Origin: Atractiella rhizophila
Taxonomy: Eukaryota
Assembly (NCBI GenBank): GCA_021432655.1
Contig: MU271189.1
Location: 62,001 to 126,000, forward strand
DNA length: 64,000 nt
Direction of reading: 5' to 3'
Positions 50,444-63,187 of this stretch are shown piece by piece (within the stretch, counting starts at the first letter, position 1; every line of letters begins with the position of its first letter). The notes under the pieces are model-generated. The model ran no database searches, had not been told where the DNA came from, and saw nothing but the letters and a program-made list of their open reading frames with translations. Both the position numbers and the translations under genes were made by a program.

Positions 50444-53400
50444 TCAAGAAAACTTATGTCTTTTGTTGGGACTATCACCAATGGACAACAGCCGCTTTCC
50501 AAGCACTGATACGCGGTGAGAAGAAATAACGGCATCCCTTTCTTCTGGTGGTCTCTTTGTTCTCAGGCTCGGTAAAACATACTGTGCGAAACCCTACGCC
50601 CCTGTCAGAAAAAAGGTTCGAAAGGAGCCACACCGCTTACAAAAGATTGCAAACTTTTGAGCACGTCGGTAGGCAGACGATTCTGGAAATACTTCCGGTC
50701 CATGGCAGAACTCTTCAGATTGCACAGAGTCCGAAAGTCCATTTCTAGGACGAATGTGGAGAGAGGATCAGAGCCGCAAGCTATGGGACTACGAGAACTG
50801 GAGAACTTCCTTCCATCGCGGTACGGCAGTGAGTATGCGAGAGACGCTTTGAGTTGGCGAGCGATGTATGGACCAGAAGGGCTGAGAAGAAGCTCGCTTT
50901 GGTACGGCTCTTCTCCCATTCTAGCGTTTGGAAAGGTAGCAAACTTTTTTGCTAGTTCTGAGCTTCTCAATCTTTTCATGAAATAAGACTCCTTAGTTCC
51001 AGGTTTCCAAAGGCCTTGAAATTCTTCGAAGCAAGCCTAAAAATACAGCAATAATCAGCCCAAACTCAGATCAAACGTCGATGCCTTGAACGAACTTTGA
51101 CATGCTTTTGAATTCTGTGAAGGTCGTGTTGGAGATCGACAGACTCGAACTTCTGGTGGTTGGTCCAGACATCAGAAATGTCAGTGTCCTCTTCGATAAC
51201 AGTCTGACGCAGAGATTTCGGAAAATCTATCTTGAACTCCGCAACAAGCTCATCTCCAGTTGCCTTGAGATCATCCATCACATACGTTCCTTCTTTGGCT
51301 AACCGTCGACTTCTTCCTAATATGTCTACGTCAGTTGTTCAACTTGTAGAAGGTAAGACGAACTTGGCGGTTTGCTGTATTTGGTGTCTGCGCTGGTCCA
51401 TCCGGGCATAGCTGCCATGTCATTTCCTTGAGCCCTACAGCATCGTTCAACCTGATTCCGTACGTATATAGCGAGTTGAGGTTTCAAAGCATGACCGGCC
51501 TTCGCACTATCTAAGGTTTTCTCAAATAACTATGATGGATCAGTATTCCGGTTGGTACTGATGAGAGAACTTACATGACCAAGCATCCGAACGAGTGGAT
51601 GGCCTAAGCCTTCCTGATACATCAGTCTAAGCATCCTTATAAGTGATGGGCAATTCTGAGAAGTGTAGAATATTTACAAAGTGTGCCATCGCGAAACTAT
51701 GTTTCAATCAATCTATGAGCTGAGCTGCTAAATGTGATTAACACCCACATATCTTGAAGTGAGACGGAAAGAACAATGGCGACAGCAACTTCCTGGTGAG
51801 TAGTTGATCCGTAGTCGACCTGATTTCAGTGTCTACAGTGGTGGTCTGGACGTCGAAGATTTGCTGCGAAGTGTCGTCAGCAAGCGCATTTTCCGGAAAG
51901 ACATGAATCAAACCTCGTCCTTCATCGGACAGGTAGCATGTTCCAGACCGGAGTTTACGAAGGGGTCGACGATGGCTGGGTCCCAAATGATAAGGGATGT
52001 GTCTCCCTAGATTCATTTAGTACATCCCAGAAACAAGGGAAATCGCGCACGTCGTAGTCACCACCTGCATCTACGGCTCAGCGTGTTCTCAACTTGACGA
52101 CAATACTCACCACCATGCAAAGATCTGTATTGTCCGTTAGACAACAGAAGTGATCATAAAGGGAGCATACATTTCTGGTCGATCTCCAATGCTTGGGTAC
52201 ACGACAACGTTGAAATAATGAGCTAGCTGCATGTAGTAGGCACAGCGATACTTTCGAACTCCGGACGCTGATACACATGGCGACCTTGACATGTATTTGG
52301 TTTACCTTGATGGCGATGACATCAACGGTAAGAGCCTCACCTGGTCGCCAGCACATGCATACCGCGCAAGTTGAAGACAAACCCGCTCTCATGTACTATC
52401 CTGCCAAGGTTAGGAACTATGCAGCATTCACTACCTCCTGTGACTGACCTGGATGTTGCATATGGCGCGAGAATTGGATAAAGACCTCGCCAGGCCGTAG
52501 TACAGCCAGCTATAGAGAAGTTGATGATTGCGAAAATGCCGTGGCGGGAGGAACCTCACAGGATCTATTATCATTCACCTTGAATCTCAGGAATGAGCTA
52601 TCACCTCACAAATAGAAGGCGTTACCAGCAATAGCATAAAGAACTGTCGAGCATTTCAATGGCAGGCGATATTGAATGGACCGATTGATGAGAGCGACCC
52701 CAAGACGCTGCACCTTTGACGCAAGTGCCACATTAGTGCGTGGATTGAAGCCAGCTCGCAAAAGCGAAACGACAACTTCTCCGATAGTCTGTGGTGCGCC
52801 TGAGAAAGGTTCAAGATCATCGCCTGACTGAAGTCCAAAACTGTCGAGCTCTGCGTCACCATCGTCTTCGTCTCCTGTCTGCTCTCCCGAAGAGAAGATG
52901 TTCGACACCGTCATAATATCCCGAAGTCTCTTTTGTGCCAAATTTTCAGCAATCTCCACGTTTTGAATGAGGACAGTTGGATCGCTCTTCATACAAATTG
53001 CATGAGTCGATGCAAAGAATTGTGAAGCACCTACCCAGTTAAGAAGTCCTCCAACAATATTGCGAAGCTCAGCGTCTAGTTTCTTTTCAAATACAGAATT
53101 CGGAACACCTGCGTTATTGCCAGGTTGTTATAGCGACCATGAACAAATAGACTACTTACCGTTATGGGCAAGCACCTTGACGTTACTTCATTCAGCCCAA
53201 CGTCAGAAAAAAAGGCGGCACTTGCCTGAATCGCTTGCTTGCCAATCGCTCCTTCGATCGGCGGTTTTGACACTTTGAGGACCTCGAAACAAAATTTGGT
53301 AGAACTGTTGACGGCCCACTTGTACTGAGAGTCTAGATACCACATCGGCCTAATTGAGCTAGCGGCATCAGGGAGACGTACCACGAATCTCTATCCACTC

Positions 53401-55944
53401 CGCCGACATGTCTTCACAAGGATCAACCATCCACAAACCTTCACGCGCCAATGAGCTCTCAGTCGCACGATGCAAAATCTTCACCTTTTGCAGGACCACA
53501 GCGTGCTTGAATCGCCGCTGGAATATCATTCAGAAAACTGATCGTATCAGCTCATCAAGTACCTACAAGGGAATTCTTCAGTGCCCAACATACGATATAT
53601 ACGATCAACTGCCTTGCGTGAGATGAACCCGCCTAAAGGGGGAAACCTCAGAATATAGAATATACAGGGGACATTGATTGTTTACTTACAACCATCAGTC
53701 ATTTCTTGATCAAACAAGCGCACCACTGCGGTAGTCTCCTTCTCCACTTCCTCTTTCAGTGTTGGAGGTTCCTCGTCTTTGATCACGATGTTGACGGCTT
53801 TGAACGTAATACTTCGATGGGTGATCGTTCGATTATCAAAATCCAAGCGCTGTGGGTGAATCACAATTTTTTGAGAGCGTGTCCAGTCCGGAGGCAGATG
53901 AGCCCGACGTATCTCTATTTTGTCTTCTCCCAACTGGAAAGTCGATGTCTTGTCGAAGTCGGTGAACCATGTTTGCGTGCCTTCCACCCCTTCAATGCTG
54001 CATCTGATTGTACCTTCAGACACTTTCTTTTAGTATCCCACAATAGAGATATGAAAGAAGGGATATGTGGACATACTGGGGATGTATCTAAGATCTACCC
54101 CGCCAGCGAGACGCTTCATCGCGGTTGGGGAGATCCGCAGGCTAGAAACGAAAACATCTGGGACTCGCCGAACCTGGTCTCGTGAAAATGTAACCGTTTG
54201 GATGGTACGGGACAAGCCCAAGTGAAATCGGGCTAGATACTTGCTGAACTTCATTTTGCAGTTGATTTTTGGATCGATATGATCAGACAGAAATGCGATT
54301 CGGCTCTTTTTACTGATGCGACATACGCCCCAAACTTCATTTGGTATGTTGCGTTCCGCAAAATAGTTGATCGCGCCGTCTTTGAGCGAGAACGGAGAGA
54401 AGATGCGACCATTGAAAATGATTGGACGATCGAGGAACTCCTGGATAAAGTCCAAACGAGCCGGCTGGGCGTCACAGTTCCTTTGCACAAACTTCTCGAG
54501 CTCTGCGTCCAACCTCATGCGGAAAAACCTGTCTGAAAACCAATCAAAAGATTCCTGAGAAACAGAGTAGACTGACCAGATCCAGATTTGTAACTGAATC
54601 GATATCCTTTGTCGGAGACTGGAGCGTGCTGGGTGATTGAAAGCTGTCCGTTAGCGAGAGCAAGCGTTCCTCGAAAATGAATGACCGCGTGCTCAAGTGC
54701 TTCTTTCTCATGCTGGCCATGGGCTGGAGTGTATTGATCGAACGGTAGATTTCCGTACATTTTCTTGAGAGCAAGAGAGGACATTCGAGGCACAGAGTTG
54801 ATGCGAGCTTTGATATGAGCAATATCTACCGTACTCGGACGGTCTGTTAACGGTACTCCGTCTTCTGGAAATGCAGGTGGAGGCGAACGAGGAGGAGAAG
54901 AAGGTTCGTCTTTGCGAGAGTTAACAGTGCGCGCTTTAGGAAGCTCGCTTGCTACTATGTCCTCCATAAAACTATCGTCGCTTTCGGGCATGTCCACATT
55001 GAGTATCTCCGGGTAAGCTTGAGAAAACATCATGTCTAAGTGCTTTTGGGTTGCAGTGTCGATGGGGGCATCCTCCAGCTCCGGTGCATCTTCAGTAGTC
55101 TCTTTCGAAAGAAGTTCCTCCTCCGCGAGGAGGATGTCAGCGTCGGAGAATTCCCAGATGTCCTCGTCTTGTGTTGCTTGACTTTGAGATACACCTCCTT
55201 CTGTCTCACTAGAGGCGAGAGTTTTTAGAGAAGAAGACGGCAGGCTATCCTCGTTCTTCGCTGGAGACATTCCTGCCCCAGGTTTTGAACCATCGCTTGT
55301 GACGCAGTCGGCTTCCTCCCTTACTGTTGGAAGGAGGGCCGCTTTCGCTAATAATCGCATTTTGTCGTATATTTGGGCTGTGGGGCATGTCTTTAGAGAT
55401 GTAACGAATTCGTCCGGGATAGCCAGAGCGGGCAAGGGTCCTGAAGGTTCGACCCATCGAAGAATCTCGCATTGACGGAGGAAATTAAACTGTTGCTTAT
55501 CAAAGGCTAGAAGTAAGCGATCATCGTGTCCTAGAGAGTTATATTCCACTGCAAATATGCACCATGTGAGTTATGTGAGTTGTGTGCCACTGTACTGAGA
55601 ACCGGGAAGTCTTCATAAAAAAATAGCACATGCAAAGCAAATTCTGCGAGAGCAAGTTTCGCTTTGAATACTCTGAAAAAACTTGCATATCAGTATTGAA
55701 TGATAGAAAACTATACACTCCTGTTAAACAGCATTGGTTTGAGTTCTGTAGTGGAGCGTACTGTAAAGCGGGATATTGATGGATGCACTGAACTCCCACA
55801 CCTGAACGCCTCCTCTTTGTGTAGGATGAGGGCGAGAGAATGAAAGAGCCGTTGAACCACGCTGAAGAGGGTATCAAATCGACGGCTAGTCTGATGGAGA
55901 GCGAGAAAGCACAAAATAGTTGCAGGGCAAGCCAAAAATGACAT
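50444..55944 (-). CDS. Cellular RNA-dependent RNA polymerase (RNAi), QDE-1-like with a DYDGD motif; both ends approximate
   Basis: KYLARFHLGLSRT, MTDG, PAAIQARCGPAKG, WIEIR, AIAGN, catalytic GGDYD/GD (52065-52001, split by an intron) followed by IIWDP. Confidence 0.88.
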
Positions 55945-57571
55945 ATTAGTGAAGGTGAGAGAGAATATATAGCTCTAAAGCCTAAGACGGGTCACATAAC
56001 ATGCATATGATGGAGACTGTCAACCGTCCATGAACAATCCTGGTTTTAAATTCTGAGCGGAGGGCCATTACTCAAAATTGCCAATTGGCTCGGACAGAGA
56101 ATAAATGAGGAGAATTTGCTCTCTACCTCTGTTTCTCATTGAGGCAATGCTATAGTACCCCATCCAATGAACCAAAAGTACGCACCTCCGCCAACCTTCA
56201 GAGTTTCGAATCCTTGACTTTCTTTTGGTTTATTCTTAATTCCCATTCCGGAATACCTCCCCTCCTACGTTCTCGCCAGTATGTTAAGCAAATCTGCGAA
56301 GCAGCAAGTTGTGGTCTTCAATTCCCTTATTTTGGTCCACATTCCAAATCAAAGAATCCGATCACGTGACACTTTCACACCATGGATCGTCTGTATTCTG
56401 ATATGGCTTCGGTAGACAATTGCGTAGCCAGGCATAGCATTGCGAGATTGTTTTGAGTCGTCATGGAAATAGAGCTGTCGGTGGAACAGTAAATCCTTGG
56501 GGCTGTCGAGGAGGCGTGTGCAGGATTGGATGCGTGCGATAAGGCGTGCAGCAAGAATGTGAACTCTGTACGCATTCTTTTGGGTGGGTTTCCTCATTGA
56601 AATCTCCTTGTATGATTTGAGGCGATTGCAGCGAACTAGAATGTAATGTGTTTACTCCATGTTATGACGATACTGCAGCTCGAAGTTGATTCCCTTTCTG
56701 TCGTATTGTGCCAGGACAACTGCTTTGTTTCAATTTGCTTTATTAACGATGCTGGCATTGAGGATTGGGGGCTCAGCGTGTACCACGGGACACAGTTGCC
56801 AACCTAGTCCGTTAACGAATGAACTGATCCTGTTCCCCCCTCAGCGAAGCTCGACGTGCCCTTAATGCATGTCATTTATTATACAGCATCGCTTTTCCTT
56901 CTCTCGACTTTTGTATGAAGCAGATGATCAGTATGAGGACCGTGAGGGGACCTTCTGCGGGACTCATAACTCCTGGAACGATCAGTATTGCAAAACACTC
57001 GAAGGTGAATTGCACAGGGTTCATAATTCCTCCTGATGCACCCGACTTCGATACGCAGATGTGCGGAAGATCTGAGCTTCGATATCAATCTGCGGTGGAG
57101 CTGGAGAGCTGGACCGAAATTGATGAGAAGAGTTCCAGCCAACATGACTCATTGATACATCTCGTCTTGCCGAAGAAGCAATCAACTTGAGAATAAACTT
57201 GAAGATGTTGCAAGAGACACCGTGGAACATTCCTCGTGAACTCAAGACAATCAATCAACTTCTTGGCAAAGACCATGAGCTGGATGCCGTTAAATAGGCA
57301 CTTGGAAGGCTGCGAGGTTGGCACCGGGCCTATTTTTAGAGGCTAATCTCGTGTGACGAGTTGCCAATCGCGGCCTTTTTAAAGCTATCCGTTGCTTTAT
57401 CGCATGGTTTTTGTCCCCTCCAGTCCTATCCACTGCGATTGCAAACGACAGGCGGTACCCCAGCTTATAACCCCATTGCTCGTGTGAGTGCCTCCCACCA
57501 TCTCCCTGTCTCACGGGCTCCCATCTGCCCCAGTCAATCCTTACTCTCTTTCCGTAGTACCAAAACGAAAT

Positions 57572-60093
57572 ATGGCTTCGAACGATAATCATAGCGACCT
57601 GGAGAAGTCGAGTGGCGAGAAGGTCGATGTCCACACCACCAAAGTCGTGGCTGGTGGGATGGACTATGCACCTGTGGGTATCCTCTCATTGAGCGTTGGG
57701 ACTGCCGATTGACCCTCGTGCGTCTCAGGAAGAGCCGACGATTCAAAGAAAATTGAAGGCTCGCCACTTACAAATGGTGCGTGATCGACAGGTTCAATAT
57801 TGGAGAAAAACCGTACTGAGTGTCACATAAAGATCGCCATTGGTGGTTGCATTGGAACTGGTGAGCGAGTTTTGCCAAAATCCGAGAAGATAACGCTGAT
57901 CTTTTTCCCAGGTCTCTTCGTCGGTAGCGGTATGTGGCATCTCTTGCGAGAGAAAGGGGTTGTTGATGGGTGCTGGTTTCCAAAGGTGGTGCACTCGCTT
58001 CTGGTGGACCCGTCGGTCTCTTCCTTGGATATTTGATCTTCGGAGGAGTCGTCTACACCATCATGACCGCGCTGGGAGAGATGGCTGCCATGTCAGTTTT
58101 GTCACTTTGTCACAGTTCATCGGCAAGCCTGCTGACCCTGACAAATAGGTATCCCGTCGCAGGAGGGTTCGTCCACTATGCTTCCCGATTTTTCGACCCT
58201 GCCCTTGGTGTTGCCTTGGGATACAATTACTGTGAGTCCTTCCCTGAACCCCTCTGTCACGTTTGCGTCTAATAAGGACATGGGTCTAAAGGGTACTCCT
58301 ACGCCATTACTCTCCCCACGGAAATGACAGCCGCTGCCATTGTCATCGGATACTGGAATAGCTCAATTAACGTTGGTGTTTGGATTACTATCTTCTTCGT
58401 CGCTTGTCTAGGGTAAGTCTTGAGGCATTGTTGACGAAGAAATGCTCATATATCCTCAAAGGTTTAACTTCCTCGGCGTACGATGGTACGGCGAGGCTGA
58501 ATTCTGGTTCTCCCTCACCAAAGTCGTCACTATTGTCGGATTGATCCTCCTTGGTCTCATCCTTGACTTGGGTGGAGGACCCAATCATGATAGGATCGGT
58601 TTCCGCTATTGGAAAGACCCTGTTTGTGTCTAATTGTCATGGTGAAAGCAAACTCATATCGTCTAGGGACCATTTGTCCAACTCAACGGCATTCCGGGCT
58701 CATGGGGCCGCTTCCTCAGTTCGTCCTTCTACTGCTCGTTTAAGCAGTCCTCACAATGATCGTAGGCTTCTGGTCTGTCTTTACGCAAGCCGCATTCTCC
58801 TTCCTTGGAACCGAAATCGTCGCCCTCACCGCTGGTGAAGCCGCCAACCCGCGAAGGAATGTTCCCAAGGCCATCAGGAGGGTGTTCTGGCGTATCCTTC
58901 TCTTCTACGTACGTTGTAAAGATCTAAGCGTTCGCTCCTGACATCGCAAAAGGTCCTTGGTGTCTTCATCATTGGATGGCTCGTTCCCTCAAACGAACCG
59001 CGACTCTTGAACGGCGCTTCTGATGCCTCCGCCTCTCCTTTCGTATGTTCTCCGTGGCTTCAATGTTCCCATGCTGAGAACCGCGTAGGTTATTGCTATC
59101 TCAAACGCCGGAATCAGTGGACTTCCCTCTTTGATCAATGCAGTCATCCTCATCAGGTAGCTATCGTCATCCCCACTGGCTGACTCTGGCTCATGAAGTG
59201 CTAGTGCGTGGTCCGCCGGAAACAGTGATTTATACGCCTCTTCGCGTACTCTTTACGGTCTGGTATGTTCATAGATAAACTGTTGCCCCGTTGCTGATAA
59301 GAACTTGATTCAGGCCACATCTGGTCTCGCACCTTCATTCTTTAAGTACTGCACAAAGGGAGGTGTCCCGCTTTACTGTCTCATTGCAACGGCATTATTT
59401 GGACCACTTGCATACTTGAACGTCAGCAACAACGGAGCTACTGTCTTTAATTGGTTCTGTATGTGGGATTACATTGTCAAGGTCGCATCACTGAAAAAGG
59501 GTCTAGACAACATCTCTGCTATTACCGGATTGATCACTTGGTGGTGCATTCTCATCACCTACATCAGGTTCTACCAAGGCATCAAATATCACGGATTGAA
59601 TCGTGATGACTTCCCCTACAAGGCTCCTTTCATGCCCTACGCTGCATATTTCGGAACGTAAGTTATCTCTTAAGCATCTTTATCTACCAGCAGGTGTTAA
59701 CCGCGTTTAACAGCTTCTTCGTCACCGTCGTGACAATCACCAACGGCTTCCAGGTTTGTTCTCTTACTGTAGTCGACGACTAGTCTCATCAAATTGATAG
59801 ATCTTCCTCCATGGTAATTGGAGCACTGCGAGTTTCGTGGCCGCTTACCTCTCCCTGCCTATCTTCGCCGTTCTATGGGTCGGCTACAAATTCGGATGGA
59901 AGACAAGGTTCGTCAGGATTGAAGACATGGACTTCGACACTGGGTACGTTTCGCTTCACCATCACTTTCCTCATATTGTGCTCACGAGCTGTGCGATAGA
60001 CGACGGGAGCTTGATGCAATGCAGGAGGAAGAAGATGCCAAATATCAGCCTCCACAAGGCTTTTTGGCAAGAGTATGGGATTGGATCATGTAA
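57572..60093 (+). CDS. Amino-acid permease (APC superfamily, YAT family), many introns and microexons
   Basis: [102 protein letters not shown]. Confidence 0.95.
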
Positions 60094-60360
60094 AGGATTT
60101 GTTTATAAAATCATCTGCGTTGGGAGCTCGACCCGAGCGCCCCTGTTCACGACATTGTTTGTCTACCAATCGCAATTAGAAAAGTAATACCTTCACTGCA
60201 GAATTCTTTTTCAGTGCATCGAGCACAAGAGAACCTTCAGTCCCTCACCACCATCACCCTCAGCTCTTGAGCTTACACGTTTTCAAATTGCTATGCCGCA
60301 AATCTGAGCACTATGCGAATGCAAAGTTTTGGGAGATGGGAGAACAAAACCCGGATTCCA

Positions 60361-62192
60361 TTACTTCCTATAAAAGTGTCTCTTGAAATTGATATGCAAC
60401 TGTAGCACTCCCCTGTCAAATGAACTCCTAAAGCCGCTCTTCTTCCCCAATGCCCACTCTCTATTGACGATCCTAAAGGCGATGTCTTCATATGGTGGTC
60501 CCGCTTGGAAGAGTAGAATACAAGTGTCGTCGTTTCCCTGCATCCGGTTGTCAATTCTACCATATTTAATGAGAAAAGAATATAAAATGCTAACCTTTTC
60601 TTTGATTGTTTTGTAGGTTGGTGCTTTCCTCTTATCGATGAGGTCAGGGTAGAAGATGGAGAATTTGTAGCCCTGAACGACCTTGGGGGGTGGATTATCC
60701 GTGTCATAATGGGTTTGGTTGTATTTATCTACAACGCAACGTTAGCAACTTCCCCAATGGCAAAGTGAACAGGTAAACGTACTCCAGTCATATCCAGTCT
60801 GGACTTTGTTGAAGTACTTGGGCTTCCTCGGTCTGTACTTGTCTTCCCAACTGTAAACCTGTCCTCGAATCTCCTCTTCAGCATTGAAAACCTCTTCTTC
60901 CTCATCCAGGCCTCTCGCGACCTCAGCAGCATACATCGCTTCCGCCTCCAGCTCCTTGTCATGCATCCTCTCCGTTGCGAGTTCGTACGCAGACTTGGGT
61001 TTGTTCTTCATCGGCACGAAGCGTGTCTTAGTGACCTGGCGTCGTTGAGCATACTAAAAGACAATAAAAATCAGAATTTTAAGACTGAGGATGGAGGAAA
61101 GGACGTACGAGTTTCTCTCTCTCCTGAGCTTCATCCACGATCTCCACGTCCCTCCAATCCTCGACCTCTTTCCGACTCCACAATCGAGGCATCATATCCT
61201 CCGTCCACGGTTCCCGCTCTTCCTCCGTTCTCCTTCCAGAGGCAGAAGCATTCGGCGCGCTCAACTTTTCATCCTCTCCCATATTCACATCCATATTCGC
61301 CGCTGCAGCCGCCAATTCCGCCTGAACTTTGAGTGCGTCGTCGCGTTGTCGTTTGCGTAACTGCTCCAAACGATTCTTGAGAACCACCTCATGCATATCC
61401 CTAAGCTTAGCCTGCAATAAAGTGGTGAGACAAGCGCCATGATACTGTCATAAAAAAAACTTACTTTGGCGATCCACACTCGCAGCTCGTCTTTTAACGA
61501 CTCCCAATAATCAGCATCAATGACCTCTCCGCTCGCGAGCTTCTTGTCTACGCTGCCCTGCAACGCCACTAGTTGTTCATAGGTTTTCCCAGCCAAAAGA
61601 GCATCAATTCGACTCTTGGTCTCCTCGTTCTCTCCCCTTTGGCGAGCAGTCATCGTCCGTTCCTTGTTAAGACGTTGCAGAGAAGAGTTTGAAACAACGA
61701 GGAGGGCGGTCCAGAAATCGATGCACGATTGATGTTTTTCGAGGGAGAGGTACATCTTGATATCCTCGTGCAACTGAATGACCTCATCGAGAGACAAATT
61801 CTAGAGCAACATTAGTCTATCTTTCAACTGTCAATAGAAAGAAGGGGAGAAGTACATTAAAGATTTCATACGGTTCATCCAACTCGACATCAAGTCCCAT
61901 CCCACCATCCTCTTCCTCTTCCTCGATCCTCGTCCCCTTCGCCCACTCTCCCCTCGGCAAGCTCCACTTCAGATTGAGCGCGAGCAAGTCGATCGGTTGA
62001 GCCCTGTTATCCCTGACCCGAATCTCTGCTCGTTTCCTTGACTGCTCCAGATGGAAATCGTCCTCTTTGTTCAGCCACTCCTCCACTAGTGCTGATTCCG
62101 CTAAAGCTGCCATCCGCATCGATTCTTCTTCCGCAGCGGCAGCGGCCGCCTCACGCTCCTCTCGTCGTTGGGGCTAGACGTGCTAGTTCTTC
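60361..62192 (-). CDS. CACTIN: Cactin (spliceosome C*-stage factor); 5' exons missing (in the gap or beyond the window)
   Basis: EDDFHLEQSRKRAEIRVRDNRAQPIDLL, IDADYWE, YSWEDKYRPRKPKYFNKVQTGYDW, GYKFSIFYPDLID, AGPPYEDIAFRIVNREW, FRSSFDRGVLQLHINF. Confidence 0.94.
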
Positions 62193-62468
62193 CTGTATTG
62201 AGGTATATGTCAGTATTCGTTATTCCATGTTGAAATGAGGAAAACATTGTGTGCGAGCATAATCATGGAGGTAGTGACGACACATTACTCAATGCTGTAC
62301 ACGAAGAGAGTCAACATGGCTAATATAGCAAGCTTGCTAGGCACCTGTTTCGATTTGTGAAGTGACAACTCAAAGAATCCGCAAGCACATTCGCCATGGA
62401 TAGGTTGAACGGGCAATAAACTAATTAGTGCGGGTGGAAGGTAGCTGCAGCAACAAGGCAGTAGCGTA

Positions 62469-63187
62469 NNNNNNNNNNNNNNNNNNNNNNNNNNNNNNNN
62501 NNNNNNNNNNNNNNNNNNNNNNNNNNNNNNNNNNNNNNNNNNNNNNNNNNNNNNNNNNNNNNNNNNNNNNNNNNNNNNNNNNNNNNNNNNNNNNNNNNNN
62601 NNNNNNNNNNNNNNNNNNNNNNNNNNNNNNNNNNNNNNNNNNNNNNNNNNNNNNNNNNNNNNNNNNNNNNNNNNNNNNNNNNNNNNNNNNNNNNNNNNNN
62701 NNNNNNNNNNNNNNNNNNNNNNNNNNNNNNNNNNNNNNNNNNNNNNNNNNNNNNNNNNNNNNNNNNNNNNNNNNNNNNNNNNNNNNNNNNNNNNNNNNNN
62801 NNNNNNNNNNNNNNNNNNNNNNNNNNNNNNNNNNNNNNNNNNNNNNNNNNNNNNNNNNNNNNNNNNNNNNNNNNNNNNNNNNNNNNNNNNNNNNNNNNNN
62901 NNNNNNNNNNNNNNNNNNNNNNNNNNNNNNNNNNNNNNNNNNNNNNNNNNNNNNNNNNNNNNNNNNNNNNNNNNNNNNNNNNNNNNNNNNNNNNNNNNNN
63001 NNNNNNNNNNNNNNNNNNNNNNNNNNNNNNNNNNNNNNNNNNNNNNNNNNNNNNNNNNNNNNNNNNNNNNNNNNNNNNNNNNNNNNNNNNNNNNNNNNNN
63101 NNNNNNNNNNNNNNNNNNNNNNNNNNNNNNNNNNNNNNNNNNNNNNNNNNNNNNNNNNNNNNNNNNNNNNNNNNNNNNNNNNNNNNN
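62469..63187. other. Assembly gap (719 N)
   Basis: Run of N characters. Confidence 1.

Noticed and set aside
56100..57400. Possible gene between the RdRP and the permease
   Set aside because: Only short, stop-interrupted ORFs; not supportable.
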